Shown here piece by piece: positions 12,401 to 27,568 of a stretch of DNA of 64,000 bases (its first letter is position 1; every line of letters begins with the position of its first letter). The notes under the pieces are model-generated. The model did not search any database and was not told the origin of the DNA. It saw only the letters and a program-made list of their open reading frames with translations. The DNA comes from Macrostomum lignano. Its lineage: Eukaryota. The stretch lies in NCBI GenBank assembly GCA_002269645.1, contig NIVC01001046.1:310705-374704 (forward strand), written 5' to 3'. A program made the position numbers and the translations under genes.

Positions 12401-14134
12401 CATGTCCCAGGCGAGGAGAATCCGGCGGACGTTGCATCTCGAGGAACATCAGCGAGCAAGTTGAAGGCGGACGACAGCTGGTGGCACGGTCCAGACTGGC
12501 TGGCACGACCTCCTGACGATTGGCCCGACCAATCCTTTCTCAGCTTACCGACAGCGGCAGTTGCCGAGAAGCAAAAGACACAAGTGAACCGTCCAGTTGT
12601 TCTGCTAACTGAAGCCGGTCCTGACATCAGTCTACAGGAAGTTCTCAATGACACGAACTTCTCATCCTGGATCAAGCTGATTCGGGTGACAGCCTATGTC
12701 CTACGCTTCGTCAGAAACCTGCAAGCTAGAACTTCTGCAGCGGGGGAGGAGCGAGTGGGACCACTGGCTGCAGCAGAAGTCCTTGAAGTTGAAGAGCGCT
12801 GGCTGCGAGAAGTGCAGAGACGGAGTTTTCAAGCCGAAATTGCTCACATTCAGGAGTCAGCGGCCAGTACAGATCTCAGCAGGCAGTTGAATCTTTTTCT
12901 CGACAACAAGAGTATTCTCCGAAGCCAAGGTCGATTGAAGGAGTCCAACGCCTCTGCCGAGGTTGACTGTCCGATTCTGATCCCGAGCAAGTCACACCTG
13001 GAGCTTCTTCTCATCTGGGACGCTCACGCCAAGGTTCTGCACGGGGGAGTGCCCAGCACTCTTTGTAAGCTGCGAGAGAGATTCTGGCTAATCAGAGGAA
13101 GACAGCGAGTCAAGTCGATCCTGAGAAGTTGCTTTGTCTGCAGACGTCTTCAAGGACTACCATATGCAGTGAAGCAAATCCCAGCCTTACCTGAAGCACG
13201 CGTGAAGTCTGGGAGAGCCTTTGAGTGGTGCGGACTCGACTACTGCGGACCTGTCAAACTGATGGAGGACACAGAGATCGAGAAAGGCTATATCCTGGTT
13301 TTCACCTGTGCGGCCACGCGAGCCCTTCACCTGGAACTGGTGAGCGACTTGACGACCGAGACCTTCCTGCGAGCCCTCCGACGGTTCTGTGCTCGGAGAG
13401 GAATTCCCAATCTCATCAGTGACAACGCCAAGACATTCACCAAGGCTGCCAAAATACTTCAGGCGTCGGAGAGTCGACAAGTTCAAGACTTCTGCGCCAC
13501 CAGGAAAATCACCTGGCAATTCATCGTCGAACGCGCACCGTGGCAAGGAGGCTTCTGGGAGCGACTGATGAGGGACATCAAGCTGGCTTTGCGCAAGACC
13601 ATCCTCAACGCAACCCTGACGCTGGACGAACTGCGGACAGTGCTAATGGAGGTGGAAGCGGTGCTCAACAGTCGGCCTCTACTCTACGTGGATGCCGAAA
13701 CCAACGGAGAAGTCCTGACGCCGGCGCACTTTCTGGTCCTGCAACGGCTGACGGCGGAGCCAACTTCTAGCGGTACGCCCGAGCTCCTGCTGCCGTTGCC
13801 AACACTGCTGAGGCGAATGCGCGCCAGACTGCAAGCCTTCTGGGACTGCTGGGAGCGACAGTATCTGACCAGCCTGCGAGAACATAATCTAAGTCCCAAG
13901 CATGGCGTAACTCGAGAAGCGACGGCCGGCGACATCGTCCTGGTGAAAGGTGAGGCCGGGCAGCCGAGGCTTACCTGGTGTACCGGTGTCATCGAGTCGG
14001 TGCATCCTGGCCGAGACGGGGCGGTGAGATCTGCAACGGTTCGAGTCGCGCCCAGACCTGGCCGCGGTCCCAGGAGATGCTTGATTCGCCGACCGGTGGA
14101 GAACCTGATTTTGCTGGAAGCTGTGACTGAATGA
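9443..14134 (+). CDS. BEL/Pao Gag C-terminus plus Pol (3 zinc knuckles, aspartic protease, RT, RNase H, integrase)
   Basis: CPFC..H..C, CFSC..GH..C and CEFC..HH..C knuckles; LFDSAS protease; YVDN RT; LHGFCDAS RNase H; H-H-C-C, LDYCGP, SDNAKTF and FWERL integrase. Open to TGA at 14134. Confidence 0.95.
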   Translation: MSVESYESMLLPNLLAKLPEVVRLGMLRTARIASVGYSFGSSLSQMKDGNGLDSVTEFLQVLEMEILVREEAAVGAGGQTSGSNGASKTAGEKQTRDGGTVAALHTKVKKVSTACPFCETEHAPEKCTRLVDVAARLQFLKEQRRCFSCLCKGHSVKTCYHKKQCEFCQMKHHPSLCSARMEKLQGKDGPKAPGSTLGKVGEDRKKSEQAAAQNVKSQEVKTMAMVTKAQTVILPTAGAVLISTVNNQETPVRILFDSASNRSFILTSLAEKMGLQVMGRETMEVTTFGGTEAKVLQTAMVEFKLRKSDSTAQFTVRANTVPYICSHQPVVSSLCMKHFQHLDMADWDIGGEQNPEISILIGADQFYDLVTGQVIRSEVGSGPVAVSSQLGWLLCGSLSDGIAASELETRSEQVLLCCAQGAEKGLDSSTIEAFWTLEGLGIRSAAEPDQRPLTLNAQFQEGRYSVQLPWKIPKKELRLPDNFEVAFKRLKNNLTRLRREPALLQEYHRILTSQKEAGVVEEAPDGTSDLIHYLPHRAVIRPEAESTKVRVVFDASAKRDQCSPSLNDCLETGTCSLAEIPRLLQAFRLHPIALTADIEKAFLQIRIAEDDRDALRFLWPRDPSQADSPLVVLRYAALVFGLTCSPAVLETVIQHHLASHRGQHAEFVDKVSKEIYVDNLISGCVDEQQALDLIQKSRHIFQQAGMNLRHWQSNSKNVLKAVRASTLDSDVLAPALSAVTKDITEDPSSYSAASLGEDGVSSKVLGLRWETGSDVFVLQFSPPEDLLKASPSKRVVLQLLARVYDPLGFLVPLLTLPKSMFQKLCVEKIAWDCPLKEPIKQQWLKWLQEMLAGRFQVPRLVLSATKEVEEIQLHGFCDASIKCYAACLYLRVQYTDGSVSCNLVAAKARVAPLSVLSIPRLELLGALILARLLTSSMSQYPHVRQVFCWTDSADTLYWIRQHRPWKLFVHNRVTEIRRLVPEDAWRHVPGEENPADVASRGTSASKLKADDSWWHGPDWLARPPDDWPDQSFLSLPTAAVAEKQKTQVNRPVVLLTEAGPDISLQEVLNDTNFSSWIKLIRVTAYVLRFVRNLQARTSAAGEERVGPLAAAEVLEVEERWLREVQRRSFQAEIAHIQESAASTDLSRQLNLFLDNKSILRSQGRLKESNASAEVDCPILIPSKSHLELLLIWDAHAKVLHGGVPSTLCKLRERFWLIRGRQRVKSILRSCFVCRRLQGLPYAVKQIPALPEARVKSGRAFEWCGLDYCGPVKLMEDTEIEKGYILVFTCAATRALHLELVSDLTTETFLRALRRFCARRGIPNLISDNAKTFTKAAKILQASESRQVQDFCATRKITWQFIVERAPWQGGFWERLMRDIKLALRKTILNATLTLDELRTVLMEVEAVLNSRPLLYVDAETNGEVLTPAHFLVLQRLTAEPTSSGTPELLLPLPTLLRRMRARLQAFWDCWERQYLTSLREHNLSPKHGVTREATAGDIVLVKGEAGQPRLTWCTGVIESVHPGRDGAVRSATVRVAPRPGRGPRRCLIRRPVENLILLEAVTE

Positions 14135-14486
14135 ACTTAAGTAACTGACTTTCAATGACTGTTCTAATCGTTGTTTCGAGTTTCTGTTTAGTTTTAGTTC
14201 GCAGTAATTTTCACTCCCTTTCAATCTTACCTTTTGAGCTCCTTAGCGCTGATTGGATTTTTTTGAGTTTCGTTTTCCCTTTGTTCCTACTTTTTCGTTA
14301 ACTCAGTACTCTGGTGATGGTGTGTCACATTTTTAGTCATCAAGTCTGTTGTAATGTTGGAGCGTTTTTTGTTGTTCATTTGTTTTTTGCTATTCGTTTC
14401 GTTTAATTTCATTTAAGTTAATAGCGAGTTTCCTTTTTCGAATATCAATGTTAAGTACTGTAATGATGAAGCATCATTAGGGGGAG

Positions 14487-14743
14487 TGTGTTGGATTTGG
14501 AGTGCCTGCGTACCGACCCTCTGCTATGTGTAGCGTCGCCAGTGTACACTTGGCGGTCCCCGTCTCAGAGTGTGTTGGGGTGGGGTTGATGTGCGTGAGG
14601 CGTTGATGAGTTAGAGAGTTGGAGAGAGAGAACATCGATTTAATTTAATATATATGCAATAATTTAGCCACAGGGCTCATTTACCTGTTTTTTTGTTAAA
14701 GTCTAACCCTCAGATTTTATTAGACTTAATTATTTCTTTAACA
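14487..14743 (+). repeat. 3' LTR (257 bp)
   Basis: Copy of the 5' LTR, preceded by the polypurine tract and followed by the ATTGG TSD. Confidence 0.96.
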
Positions 14744-14892
14744 ATTGGAGCCAAACGCATTTTATTAAATAAAAAATAGTAATGTTAATAATGATACAGA
14801 CTAGTTAGGTGACGATGCATTAATAAAGTTTTAGCTGCTCACGCCATTAACCCACAGAGTTCCTATAGAGATCCTAAATTGAATCGCCGGCA

Positions 14893-17031
14893 ATGGATCG
14901 CTACACTATACTGGGCAGGATTGGCGAGGGCGCCCATGGCATTGTGTTTAAGGCGAAGCATATTGAAAGCGGCGAGCTTGTCGCCCTAAAAAAAGTCATG
15001 CTTCGGCGCATTGAGGAGGGCATCCCAAATGCGGCGCTGCGCGAGATCAAAGCGCTGCAAGAAATCGAAGACAATCCCTACGTGGTTCGGCTGCGCGACG
15101 TCTTCTCGCACGGCGCCGGCTTCGTGCTCGCGTTCGACTTCATGTCCTCGGATTTGGCTGAGGTTATTCGCAACTGCGATAAACCGCTGGCTGAATCCCA
15201 GGTGAGAAGATATTGAGAACATGATTGCCTCCCATTTATCCCCACCAACTTCCCATATCTCCAGGTAGGGGATCTTTAATTTATCCCCACCGACTTCCCA
15301 TATCATTAAGTAGGGGATCTTTAATTTATCCCCACTGACTTCCCATATCACCAAGTAGGGGATCTTCAATTTATCCTCGCCGACTCCCCATATCTCCAAG
15401 TAGGGGATCTTCAATTTATCCTCGCCGACTCCCCATATCTCCAAGTAGGGGATCTTCAATTTATCCTCGCTGACTCCCCATATCCAGGTGAAGAGCTACA
15501 TGGTGATGCTGCTGAAAGGCGTCCACTTCCTGCACTCGAACCAGATCATGCACAGAGATTTGAAGCCGGCCAATTTGCTCATTTCGGCCACTGGGATGCT
15601 GAAAATTGCCGACTTTGGGCTGGCCAGGGTTTTCCAGCGCCTGCAAGGCGACCGGCAGTACAGCCATCAGGTTGGTTGCTCTCGAAATAATAATCGCTCG
15701 TACGAAGTTGATTGGTTTTCGAGTACAAAGTACTTAATGTACTAATTTTATTAGTTCGTGACCACAAGGTGGGCGCGTGATTCTAAGAATACATTCGGCT
15801 CTAATTAATGTCCAAGAACCACAAGAAGCTGCAGTTATATCAGGACGTTACAGTCTTTATTTGAAGGCCAATGTCGCTTAAAAATTCGGCCTTCAAATAT
15901 ATTGTCCATTTTCTACTATAAGTACACGAGTATTATAGATACGTCCCGATACAGCAGTAACTTCTTGTAGTCCTTGACAATATCTTTGTCAAGACGACTT
16001 ACTACTTACTAGTACATAGAGTGCATCAACACCTCCCCTCACGTCAATACATAGCCTGTAAAATTTTTATTTTACTCAAAATCGTCTGATCAAACTCTCA
16101 GCTTCATCCAACAGAAGAAAGTAGCCGGTCAGCCCCAACCCCCATCAGCCCCGGCCCCACCAGCCCCAACCCCAACAGCCCCAACCCCCACCAGCCCCAA
16201 CCCCACCAGCCCCAACCCCCACCAGCCCCAACCCCCACCAGTCCCAACCCCCACTAGCCCCAACCCCACCAGCCCCAACCCCCACCAGCCCCGGCCCCCA
16301 CCAGCCCCAACCCCACCAGCCCCAACCCCCACCAGCCCCAACCCCCACCAGTCCCAACCCCCACCAGCCCCAACCCCCACCAGCCCCAACCCCCACCAGC
16401 CCCAACGTCTCCGTTTTGCTCTAAATAAGTTGTATTTGGGGGATGACAGTTTGTTAAACATTTCTGGGAACTTTTAAAAATCAAAATGTACTTGAAAACG
16501 ACAAGTACCACCACCCTCCCGCAGGTGGCCACCCGCTGGTACCGGGCACCGGAGCTGCTCTATTCCGCCCGTCGCTACGACGAAGGCGTCGACCTCTGGG
16601 CTGTCGGCGCCGTGTTCGGCGAGATGCTGGCCAACTCGCCGCTGTTCCCCGGCGAGAGCGACATCGAGCAGCTGTACTGCGTCACGCGGGTGCTGGGCAC
16701 GCCGAGCGAGGCCAGCTGGCCTGGCATGGGCGACCTGCCGGACTACAACAAGATCAGCTTCGACCAGCTCAGCCCGGTGCCCTTCGAGGAGCTGCTGCCG
16801 GACGCCAGCCAGGCGGCCGTGGACCTGTTGAAGAAGTTCTTGGTGTACAGGTCCGACCGGCGAGTCCGGGCGGGCAAGGCGCTGCTGGATCCGTACTTTT
16901 TCACTGAGCCGCTACCGTGCCATCACAGCGAGTTGCCGCTGCCAGCGCTGAGCAAAACTGGGCCGCTGCATCACGCGTTCGAGTACAGCACGGAGCCGCG
17001 CTGTCGGCTCTGTACTGAACAGTGTACTTAG
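14893..17031 (+). CDS. CDK20: Cyclin-dependent kinase 20 (CCRK), 3 exons: 14893-15201, 15488-15670, 16525-17031
   Basis: [39 protein letters not shown]|[21 protein letters not shown] closely matches recalled human CDK20. Introns are GT-AG, phase 0. The extreme C-terminus may splice differently. Confidence 0.95.
15232..15483. repeat. 45-bp minisatellite filling CDK20 intron 1
   Basis: Unit atttatcctcgccgactccccatatctccaagtaggggatcttca; the last copy runs into the acceptor AG. Confidence 0.92.
16128..16406. repeat. C-rich (CCCCAA/CCCCCACCAG) repeat in CDK20 intron 2
   Basis: Directly visible; the minus strand carries dense runs of 4-5 G. Confidence 0.93.
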
Positions 17032-17139
17032 CAGCAACTTTGTAGGTCATATTAATGGGCAGATGTGCAACCGACAGCTCAGCCGCAGCTATTATACGGC
17101 CGGCTGTTCAGTCCACGGGGAGTCGCCACACACACCCTC

Positions 17140-17280
17140 AATGGCACCCATTTAATAGCTGGGTGAACTGAAGCAATGCAGAGTTAAGTGTCTTGCTCAA
17201 GGACAAAAGTTGTTTCGAGTGGGTCGAGAATCGAACTTCCGACTTTTCAGTCGTGAGTCGGACGCTCCAACCACTGGCAT
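17140..17280 (-). mobile_element. tRNA-derived SINE with V/Meta-SINE-like core
   Basis: Minus strand: A-box-like TGCCAGTGGTTGGAGC, B-box AAGTTCGATTC, then GTCCTTGAGCAAGACACTTAAC..CACCCAGCT..AAATGGGT, a conserved core recalled from metazoan SINE superfamilies. Confidence 0.7.
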
Positions 17281-18214
17281 TAGAAAGTTTGAGAAGAGTA
17301 TTATTCAAAGAGCGGCAAGGCTCAAAATACAACTGACAAATCTGGTCGAAAAACACCCACGCTAGATAAAAAACACCGGAACTTAGCTTTCTTGTCGGGT
17401 TCCGGTAGTTTTTCAAAGGAAAAACACAGAAAATCGCATCGTCTATATACTGAGTCTTTGTTCATACTTTTAATGCAGCCAATGTACTTATCTGTACTGA
17501 AATTGTTCGTTAAATTTTTTGTAGTGTCTTCTGGTTGCATTTTTGACCATGCGATCAAGTGCATATGTAATTTATGCTTATTAGTAATTTCGAAATCAAT
17601 AAAAAACGGAATCTCATATCAATTGTACATACTTGCAAGTAAATCTGGCAAAGTTATTTTTGTTCGTTTCTTATTTGCAAGACAAGGCAGCAAGACTGGA
17701 GTAAATAGATGCAGCAGTTTCAATAGAGCAATATTAAATACAATTTTAACTGGGAATATTTAGCCGAGCTACTAAAATATTCGTAATTGTATAAATAAGA
17801 TGCAGTGCAATTATGTTTAAAATGAAAAAATAAATAGAAAAGCGATACGTGATAAGCACGGACTAATTATTTAGTACACGCATGTACTTTGAAACGTAAT
17901 GAACTTCCGGAGAGGTCAATAAAGTGAAAAAATGATGCATTGAATGTAACTGTACTTACAAAAGTTCTAATGTACTTAAAATCACTAGTTTTTGCTCTCT
18001 AGTCAGAGGGACAGTAAAATTGTAAAGTTCACCGAGTACTATCAAAACGCCTACATGTCCACCGTTTCATTCTGTCTATCTTTGACGTATTTGATTGATT
18101 AAAAAGAATCAGTGAAACGCACACAAATGTACACCTGTCCTTATCCCTTAGCGCACAATTGTATCACTTATCTTCAATAATTTGCTCCTTAGCACAGAAT
18201 GTTCACAGACTCAA

Positions 18215-18425
18215 TTAATTACCCCTTCCCCGCGCAGAATGTACATAAGCTCTCAATTCCTTACCCCTTTCCCGCGCAGAATGTACACAAGCTCTCAATT
18301 CCTTACCCCTTTCCCGCGCAGAATGTACACAAGCTCTCAATTCCTTACCCCTTTTACCACCCAGCGCAGAATGTACAAAGGCTCTCAATCCCTTACCCCC
18401 CCCCCTCCACCAGCGCAGAATGTAC
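18215..18425. repeat. 42-bp minisatellite downstream of the CYP stop codon
   Basis: Unit ttaccccttccccgcgcagaatgtacacaagctctcaattcc, ~5 copies. Confidence 0.9.
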
Positions 18426-18473
18426 GCAAAAGTTACACGTAAACTTCTAAACTCTCCAATGAAAGTACAATAG

Positions 18474-22709
<4,236 letters not shown>

Positions 22710-24722
22710 TGCTGTTGTCACTTAGTTAAAATAAATGATAAAGCCAATATCGAAACTGCCGAATTTATTTCAATTATACTAACTGGATCTGGCTGGTTAG
22801 GGAAACCGCTCTTCAATCTATTTATAATATCTGCGCAGAGGCTGATGCCCCAGCCTTCTCCACGCTTTGACTGACTGACCGCACGTGATGACCCGGCTTC
22901 GCCCTCGCTCCGAAGCTGAGGTGGGCGCCGCTGACCCCTTTCTCTCTCCTCATCTGTCGACCCCATTGTTTAGCAAAGATTCGCGTCTCGGGTTAGGAAG
23001 ATCTATTTATAGCATCGTCAGCCCCGATGACGTCATGGAAAGGAATAGAATCGGATAAATGTGAGTGCTTTTCTCCGTCTGGCTAGGCCCTGCCTCTCGC
23101 CTCGGATGACTCCGCCATGGGCCTCGGTGTCCCGCTAGGGTCAGGCTCGGGTCACGAGGGTAAATGGAGCTCGAGCGGCCAGACGGGGGTCTGACTAAAG
23201 AGGGCTCCCGGGATTGGTGGGGAGCAAACTGGGATTTTCCTATCCGCCCTATACTTGCAGAGAAATTGAGGGCACTGGGTTTAGGGAAGGGTGGGCGAGG
23301 GCCCGGGAGGGTTGAGACGCCCTTTGGAGTAGGTGACCGCGGGCCCTGAACTCAGACTGTGGGGTCGCGCCTGGGTTTTCTAGGCGTCAGGGTCCAACCA
23401 ACATCTCTACCCAACCTCTTTGGCCCACAGAACTGTTGCAGAAATCTGCAGACTCCAGCTTAGAAAAAGCAGAGTGCCAATTTTGACAACCGGGATCCAA
23501 ATTCAGGATGCCAACAATTAAAGGTTGATGTGTCGTGACGCTCGCTATGACTCAGAAACCCAGGGTCACGCGGACTGATTCAAACTGTGCAAATGGTGTT
23601 AGTTGTTTGTAACTGTGCGGTGATGTCAAATTTTATGCCTAGCATTGACTCATCGGACAACGGGGGGGGGTCACCTGTCGTGTAGCTTAGAGAATTTCTG
23701 CTTTCAAGGCTTCACAATTTGAAGAACAATGTCCATCTCACATAGGTGTGAAAGTTACAAGATTGCTCACGTCATATGTAAGCCCCTCAGAGCGCAGTTT
23801 TGCGATAATTTTTACTTAAGAAGCGAATCAGCTACTCGTTTCAAATGAATCAGTAGTAGTATCGAGCATCAAAACTTATACAACTGAAATTTATTAATTC
23901 TATTCATCATTTGATTTTTCATTTATCAATTTTGTACATTTTAAATACTGCATTTTTATCCTAGATACAAGATTTAGCAGTATTATTCTCTCAATACTAC
24001 TGAACTTACAATTTCTGAAAGTTGATTCCGCATGACCGCCCAATAGCTTCCGGGAGTCAAAGATTGGTCAAATCAATTTTTAAATGAGTCGAAACCAATT
24101 GTACACTGATTTGAGCAAAAATATGTGTACATTGTCAGAACACTAATTTATTGTAGTGATAAATATGAAACGAAAGTTTCATTGGATGTTTTACCTAAGA
24201 GAATAATATCATAACACATCAGAAAGCTTAATGACTAAGTACATAGTTAATGTCACATACTCGTATCTGGGTGGAACTGCCTGGTTACAGAGCAAGTTCA
24301 TTTCAGACCCGTTGTTTTTGTCAACGAGGAGCAGACGGCTAGCCCCCCCCCCCCGTGGCCATCTGATAATAGGTCGAGTTTGTTGATGCGATTGCAAAAG
24401 TCTAATAGTCTTAATCAGTTCCTGTTGTTCAGCATCGAAACAGCTGTTACAAGTGAGCAGAAATGCTCATTAGTGCTCTAAAACTCTATCTAGTCCTAGT
24501 CAGTCCTAGTTCAGGAACTACTCAATACTCTGTCCTAGTTGCTTGATTTTGTTTATGTATAGGAAATGCTCTGGTCCTCAGAGCAATGGCAAATTGTCTA
24601 TCATATTGAGCTGAGCTGTTTTGGCTATGCATACTATCACCCAGACACAATAGCAATCAGTTTTGGCCATTATTCCACAGCTGCTACCCACAGTTTTTAT
24701 AGTTAGTAGAGGCCCAAGGGCT

Positions 24723-25020
24723 GGCGCACTTTAAGCGACATTGTCACACAACCGGCGAGAGGCATTGCTGCCCATTCCGTACGCAGTCATACGCACAGGC
24801 TGTACACACTCACACAGGAGTGTACAGCGGCCCTAACTTTATTTATCGCTAGGCATGTACACTTTGTGCCTTGGGGGGTTGGCTCTCAAGGCCGTTAATT
24901 GCACGAGCAGAGCCAAGCCGAGATTCCAATTTAGCTCCAAATTAATGTGACTGCACTTGGAATCGAGCCTGGGCCGCTGGCACACCAGAGCGCAGCACTG
25001 GACCACTGGGCTACACCCCC
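24723..25020 (-). mobile_element. tRNA-derived SINE, family A copy 1
   Basis: Minus-strand head GGGGGTGTAGCCCAGTGG (A box)..GGCTCGATTCC (B box); the body is shared with 25199-25468 and 56253-56578. Confidence 0.85.
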
Positions 25021-25198
25021 CCCCCCGGTGGAAGGGAGAAATCCGCATGTAAGATGCACTTGTTGAGCCGATTTGAACATTGTAAGAAACAATTTACCAT
25101 TTCCACACATGGCAAAAGCTGAGGGGTGGTCAGGTGGATAAAAATAGACATGCAAAAGCAGTCACGCGATGAACTTTGTACATGGGGGTTAACTGTAC

Positions 25199-25468
25199 AT
25201 TAGCCCAGTGGTCTAGCGCGCAGCGGCCCAGGCTCGATTCCAAATGCAGTCACATTAATTTTGGGGCTAAATTGGAATCTCGGATCGGCTCTGCTCTTGT
25301 AATTAACACCAGCCCCAAAGGCACAAGGAAGTGTACATGTCTAACGATAAATAAAGTTAGGGTCGCTGTACACTCCTGTGCGAGTGTGTACCTGCTCCGG
25401 GGAGTCGGTGGAATGGGCAGCAATGCCTCTCGCCGGATGTGTGACAATGTCGCTTAAAGTGCGCCAGG
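25199..25468 (+). mobile_element. tRNA-derived SINE, family A copy 2 (inverted relative to copy 1)
   Basis: TAGCCCAGTGG..GGCTCGATTCC head; 3' body ..gtgtgacaatgtcgcttaaagtgcgcc is the reverse complement of copy 1. Confidence 0.85.
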
Positions 25469-25668
25469 GTGCACACAGCCCCCCTGCCTTTAACTAAAAA
25501 AACTGCACATTGGGAGCAACGGTAAAACAATTGTCGGAACTAATTGCTATTGACGTCGCGTGTCGAAAAGCCAGGTGGAAGCAAACAAATAATGTAAGCA
25601 GAACAGAGTACAATGAGCAACCTGCGACATCAAAATTAAGATCCGCGGTAGTTATTGGTACATTGGTG

Positions 25669-26476
25669 CATTGTATTTATACTTTTACCCAGCACCATGT
25701 CATTATTCCACACTTTTTGCGGCCATTATTCAACACTTTGGCTCTTGCGATTGGCTGTTTTGCGATTTAGTTTACCATAGACGAAACACACGAGAGCTAT
25801 ACGAGGTCTACCATATACTTAGATGGGCCATAGACAAAATTTCCCCAAAGCTGTCTTTGATTATCTCATGCGGTTCTCAAAAATTAAAACTCTCTCTCTA
25901 CAAAGCAACTATGGTTGCATGCGCTTATTAATGCAAACATCTTCCCGCGGACTCGCTAAACGGAGTCAAGATGGACGAGTTGCAACTGCTGTCTGAGCTC
26001 AGTTCAACGGACCACCACGATGACCAGGCCTGGCGGGATTTCATTGATTGGATTGAGAACGACCACGGAACTGAAGAACTGCCGGACCTGCCGGGAGTGA
26101 GTGGCTTCAATGAGCAGATGGGAACTGCCGCTTTGAGAACTGCAGCTTTATTTCGGGGCGATAAGTAAACACTCGCTGTAAAATGTTGACTATACAAACT
26201 GATGAAGTGTGTTGCAAAAGTTAAGCTTAATATAATTATCTTTTTTCATGCAATTTGGCGTTTTCAACATTGCATTTGTTCAATATCAACTAATATGTAT
26301 ATAATATTTCAAGCAAGCCTCTACTGTCAAATGGTTCACGGGCTTATCTGTTAAAATACACTTAATAACGGCTACGTTGTTTCAAATCCTTATGTCTATG
26401 GCCTAGAACCTGAAAAGTGTGGAATAATGGCCAAAAAATTTTGTTATTGCGTCTGGGTATAAGTATAATTACAATG
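25669..26476. mobile_element. Non-autonomous TIR element with an internal CCATAGAC..GTCTATGG module, unit 1
   Basis: Imperfect inverted termini CATTGTATTTATACTTTTACCCAG / CTGGGTATAAGTATAATTACAATG, subterminal ggccattattccacac / gtgtggaataatggcc, and inner GGCCATAGAC (25826)..GTCTATGGCC (26403). No TSD recognised. Confidence 0.65.
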
Positions 26477-26480
26477 GTAG

Positions 26481-27463
26481 ATTGTATAGTATTTATACTT
26501 TCACTCAGCGCTCAGTCATTATTCCACACTTTTGCGGCCATTATTCCACACTTTTGTCGCTGTCATTATTCCACACTTTTTATCATGCTTCAATTGGCTG
26601 TTTTGAGAGTTATTTTACCCATAGACGACTGAGTTGTGTGGCTTAGTTTGACCATAGACAACACTGTGATGAGTGCTGATTTTGCTTGCGTCTTGCAAGA
26701 AATCAGGAAAGCGAGTAGTGGGAGAAAAAGCTATTTGTCTTGTCAAACAACTATGGCTGTAGTGCATCTCGTCAAACAGCCGCGCTTATTAATTGAAAAA
26801 ATCTTCCTGTCGACGACTGAACGAACCGTGCGGCGCTACCTAGGAAGAAAACGCGACCATGCAGTCTTCAACGCCTCGACGGCTATAAACGATGCCTGAA
26901 AGCGGCCAATCGATTCAGTCGAGCAGCCGACAGTCCCAAAGAATCCCAGCTTGGATACTGCGGTACCAAAGAAGCTCATCAGACGAAGCTCATCAGTCGC
27001 ATGCCAACTTAACCAAGACGTGCATCTTTCAAATGGTAAGTTCGGCAACTATACTTGAGCACCTGTATTTCTCTTTCATAGAAAACATTCAACATAGACC
27101 AACTCCTTTTGCAGTGCCAAATCATCAGGCTAAAGTGTCGAGCATCGTTGGAAACTGCGGCTTTGAGAACTGTGCATGTTTCACTTTGGGTGACAAAATG
27201 ATTTTTACATTGTCAAATTTCGACTACAAACTGATAAACTGCACTAGCTGTGACATTTATTATTAACTCTTTTCGTGTAGCTGGTACTTTAGTTTTAATG
27301 ATTTTTCCTTTTTGTTCATTTACTTCTTGTTTTTCTGTATTTATTAACAGAAATACTGAGCGATGGATTTTTTCAATCCAAATGTCTATGGTACACATCA
27401 AAACTGTGGAATAATGGCCAAAATATTTTTTCATTGCGTCTGGGTAAAAGTATAATTACAATG
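26481..27463. mobile_element. Second, diverged tandem unit of the same element
   Basis: Same arms (gtcattattccacac.., right end ctgggtaaaagtataattacaatg) and inner CCATAGAC 26652..GTCTATGG 27391; shared interior words caactatgg, gcgcttattaat, gctttgagaactg. Confidence 0.62.
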
Positions 27464-27568
27464 ACCCATAGACAAGACTATAAAAGAAAACCTCTAATAT
27501 AGGCATATCAAGTCTGCTAAGATGAGACTATTTCGATCCACAAGAGACATTACCAAGTAGAGCCGGTG

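Larger units (their letters stand above)
8346..14743 (+). mobile_element. Full-length BEL/Pao LTR retrotransposon
   Basis: TG..CA LTRs at 8346-8602 and 14487-14743; 5-bp TSD ATTGG (8341-8345, 14744-14748); PBS TGGCGCCCGAAC at 8603; PPT AGGGGGAG before the 3' LTR; gag-PR-RT-RH-IN order. Confidence 0.97.

Noticed and set aside
9550-14224. Minus-strand ORFs within the retrotransposon
   Set aside because: Antisense shadows of pol with no recognisable domains; no env-like ORF between pol and the 3' LTR.
22718-22966. 82-aa ORF as the CYP N-terminus
   Set aside because: It ends in a stop. The 9-codon exon 22709-22683 with a GTAAGT donor gives a phase-correct start instead.
23027-23034. TGACGTCA CRE palindromes (also near 34159)
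   Set aside because: Isolated 8-mers expected by chance; no supporting TSS evidence.
24960-25260. tRNA genes (also 17200-17280, 34475-34505, 55422-55480)
   Set aside because: Only A/B boxes, with no complete cloverleaf or acceptor stem; those followed by repeat bodies are SINE heads.
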